From Oculina patagonica (lineage: Eukaryota), in the NCBI RefSeq assembly GCF_052425735.1, contig NW_027558036.1, forward strand, positions 1,736,001-1,800,000: a DNA stretch of 64,000 nucleotides, written 5' to 3'. Made by a program: the position numbers and the translations under genes. Below the pieces are notes generated by a model, which worked only from the letters and a program-made list of their open reading frames with translations, made no database searches and was not told where the DNA came from. The number at the start of each line of letters is the position of its first letter. Position 1 is the stretch's first letter. Shown piece after piece: positions 62,364-64,000 of the stretch.

Positions 62364-63583
62364 TTAACCGCAGGGACCATGTTTATGAGTAGTGAGTTTG
62401 GTTCGAGTGTAAAAACAAGAAATGAACTCAAAACGCGTGTTTAAAGGAACTTTTCTGTTATTTGACGTAAAGTATTTAAGCGAAGGACGAGATGGATGTA
62501 ATGTATTACATGTTGGCCAGCGGTTACTCATAAGTGTACATCAATACCCTCAAACGATATGAACACCCAAAACGGACTCCCAACAATATTCACCAAAACT
62601 ACCAGCTGGTTACTAATCGCACTTGGTATGTTCCCTCAGCTGTCGCACTAAAACAATGTCAATTTATTCATGATTTGTAGTATTTATATGCGATGTTGAT
62701 AATTTATCATCGCATCGCATTTAAGATTTTGCAAAGAACCATACCGCAATCCGTTTACTCTTCTCAATATTTGTCCATCCACATTTTCTTTTGAATTTGC
62801 TGCGTTATTGATATGTTTCTTCGTCATTGTAAGTGGTTAATTTTATGTTTCACTTAATCCTGCGGCCATTTTTCTTGTTTACATTTGGCTTAAATTCATG
62901 ACACAGTTCCTTTAAGAAAATCAGTTGACTTATACAGAAGGTAGGCCCCTTTTTGTTGTTGTCTTATGATATTCATATAAGGCGTCTTTTCCAGAAAACA
63001 TGTCACAGTTTGAAAAAGAAAATACCATATTTATTATTTACTATGTCACAGTTTGTTATTTGGGCGATCAGTGTTTATTATGTCAACTTAAAAACATTTT
63101 TGAAACTGATCTAAAAGTGTAAAATGATCTTATAAATACTTTTAAGAAACTAAATATTCGCAAACGTTCTGTCGCCTTCGTCAGAAATATAGTTTGAAAC
63201 AGTGTCACTGCATGCATAATCGGGTCTTATTTGCTGCTAGTCTCCAAAGATGCAAACAAAGGTAACTAAACTTGTGGGAAATGTAAATGTTCAGGAGCGA
63301 GAGAATAAAGTAAGCACTTGCAACCCTGAGGCACAAAATAGAATCATGTGAGTGAGTCCATTTAACTTATAAACATGATTCTATTCTGTAAATGTTCGTT
63401 TACGGAGTTTCGGTCCTGGATGGAATGCAAAACGTCCAGAAAAAAGCGTTCTAGTCTATTCAGGTTTCTTTCTAGAATTTCAACGTAGTTCAGGTGAATG
63501 TCGTAATCTGTTGCTCCCTCGGAGATTGGCCAAAAATGATTTCAAGAGAAAGAAAACTGAAGAAAAAGATGAATGGATATAGA

Positions 63584-64000
63584 CACACAGAAAAATCGAG
63601 AGTGTTATGGTAACACCAAAAAGGTGTAAATTCTTGCAGCTGTGTGAACACCAATTTAGTGTTTTATTAACACTGCAACAGTGTACATTTACACCAACAT
63701 GGTGTAAATTACAAATAATTACGATTATGATTGCGTTTAAAAACACCCACGCAGTGTTATGACAACACATAATCAGGGTAATTTTACTCCAAAAAAGAGT
63801 AAGTTAACACCAAAGTCGCGTTATATAACCCAATTGAGGTGTTGAAACACACCACAATGGCGCTTACTTAACACCGCTTTAGTGTTTCTTGTACACTAAA
63901 TAAGTGTATCAGCGACACTGATATGGTGTAAAACACCTTGCAGCTGTGTGCACACCGAAATTAGGTCAATTTACACCAATGAGTATTTTACACTAAATTC
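63584..64000. repeat. Repeat rich in AACACC/GGTGT motifs, probably the left arm of a MITE, truncated by the window
   Basis: Starts CACACAGAAAAAT where the 42827-type duplication breaks off; recurrent (T/A)ACACC and GGTGTAAA. Confidence 0.5.

Larger units (their letters stand above)
54494..62542 (+). mobile_element. Decayed Gypsy (Mag-like) LTR retrotransposon with nested insertions
   Basis: gag KKAQLLHLAGMEVQDIFE, HVFRQL, zinc knuckle CFNCRKEGYLAKDGNC; protease VLVDSG; RT core deleted; RNaseH ADASPV, YSQTEKEALAL, TDHEAL; integrase AHEGHEG, RSDNG, NGQVERQN; purine tract then 46-nt 3' LTR remnant 62497-62542. Many stops and frameshifts. Confidence 0.92.

Overview
AT-rich animal genomic DNA with spliceosomal introns; the repeat repertoire suggests a cnidarian such as a stony coral (inference). 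(1) 1-22707 is a higher-order tandem array (9764-bp period, each period a diverged A/B dimer). Each subunit carries what look like decayed small exons and an inverted-repeat cassette around a degenerate hammerhead-ribozyme motif. One subunit holds a full-length, intact Tx1/L1-clade retrotransposon (11977-17641, 15-bp TSD, empty site visible in the sister copy). (2) 23-30 kb has two non-autonomous TIR elements with 7-bp TSDs. (3) From 30648 a + strand gene missed by the ORF track encodes signal peptide + LRRNT cap + eight 72-nt LRR exons and runs off the window. Its last LRR exon is triplicated within a ~3.88-kb tandem repeat (45691-57316), together with the 5' end of a decayed Gypsy element and two DNA elements nested in gag. 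One of these is an unclassified 1.83-kb element with a 6-bp TSD, same-orientation 30-bp-phased subterminal repeats and a small PB1/beta-grasp-like gene. (4) The Gypsy pol has part of its integrase replaced by an antisense DIRS/Ngaro-type RT-RNaseH fragment. Most short ORFs in the track are spurious. All alignments and translations were done by eye; no searches were run.
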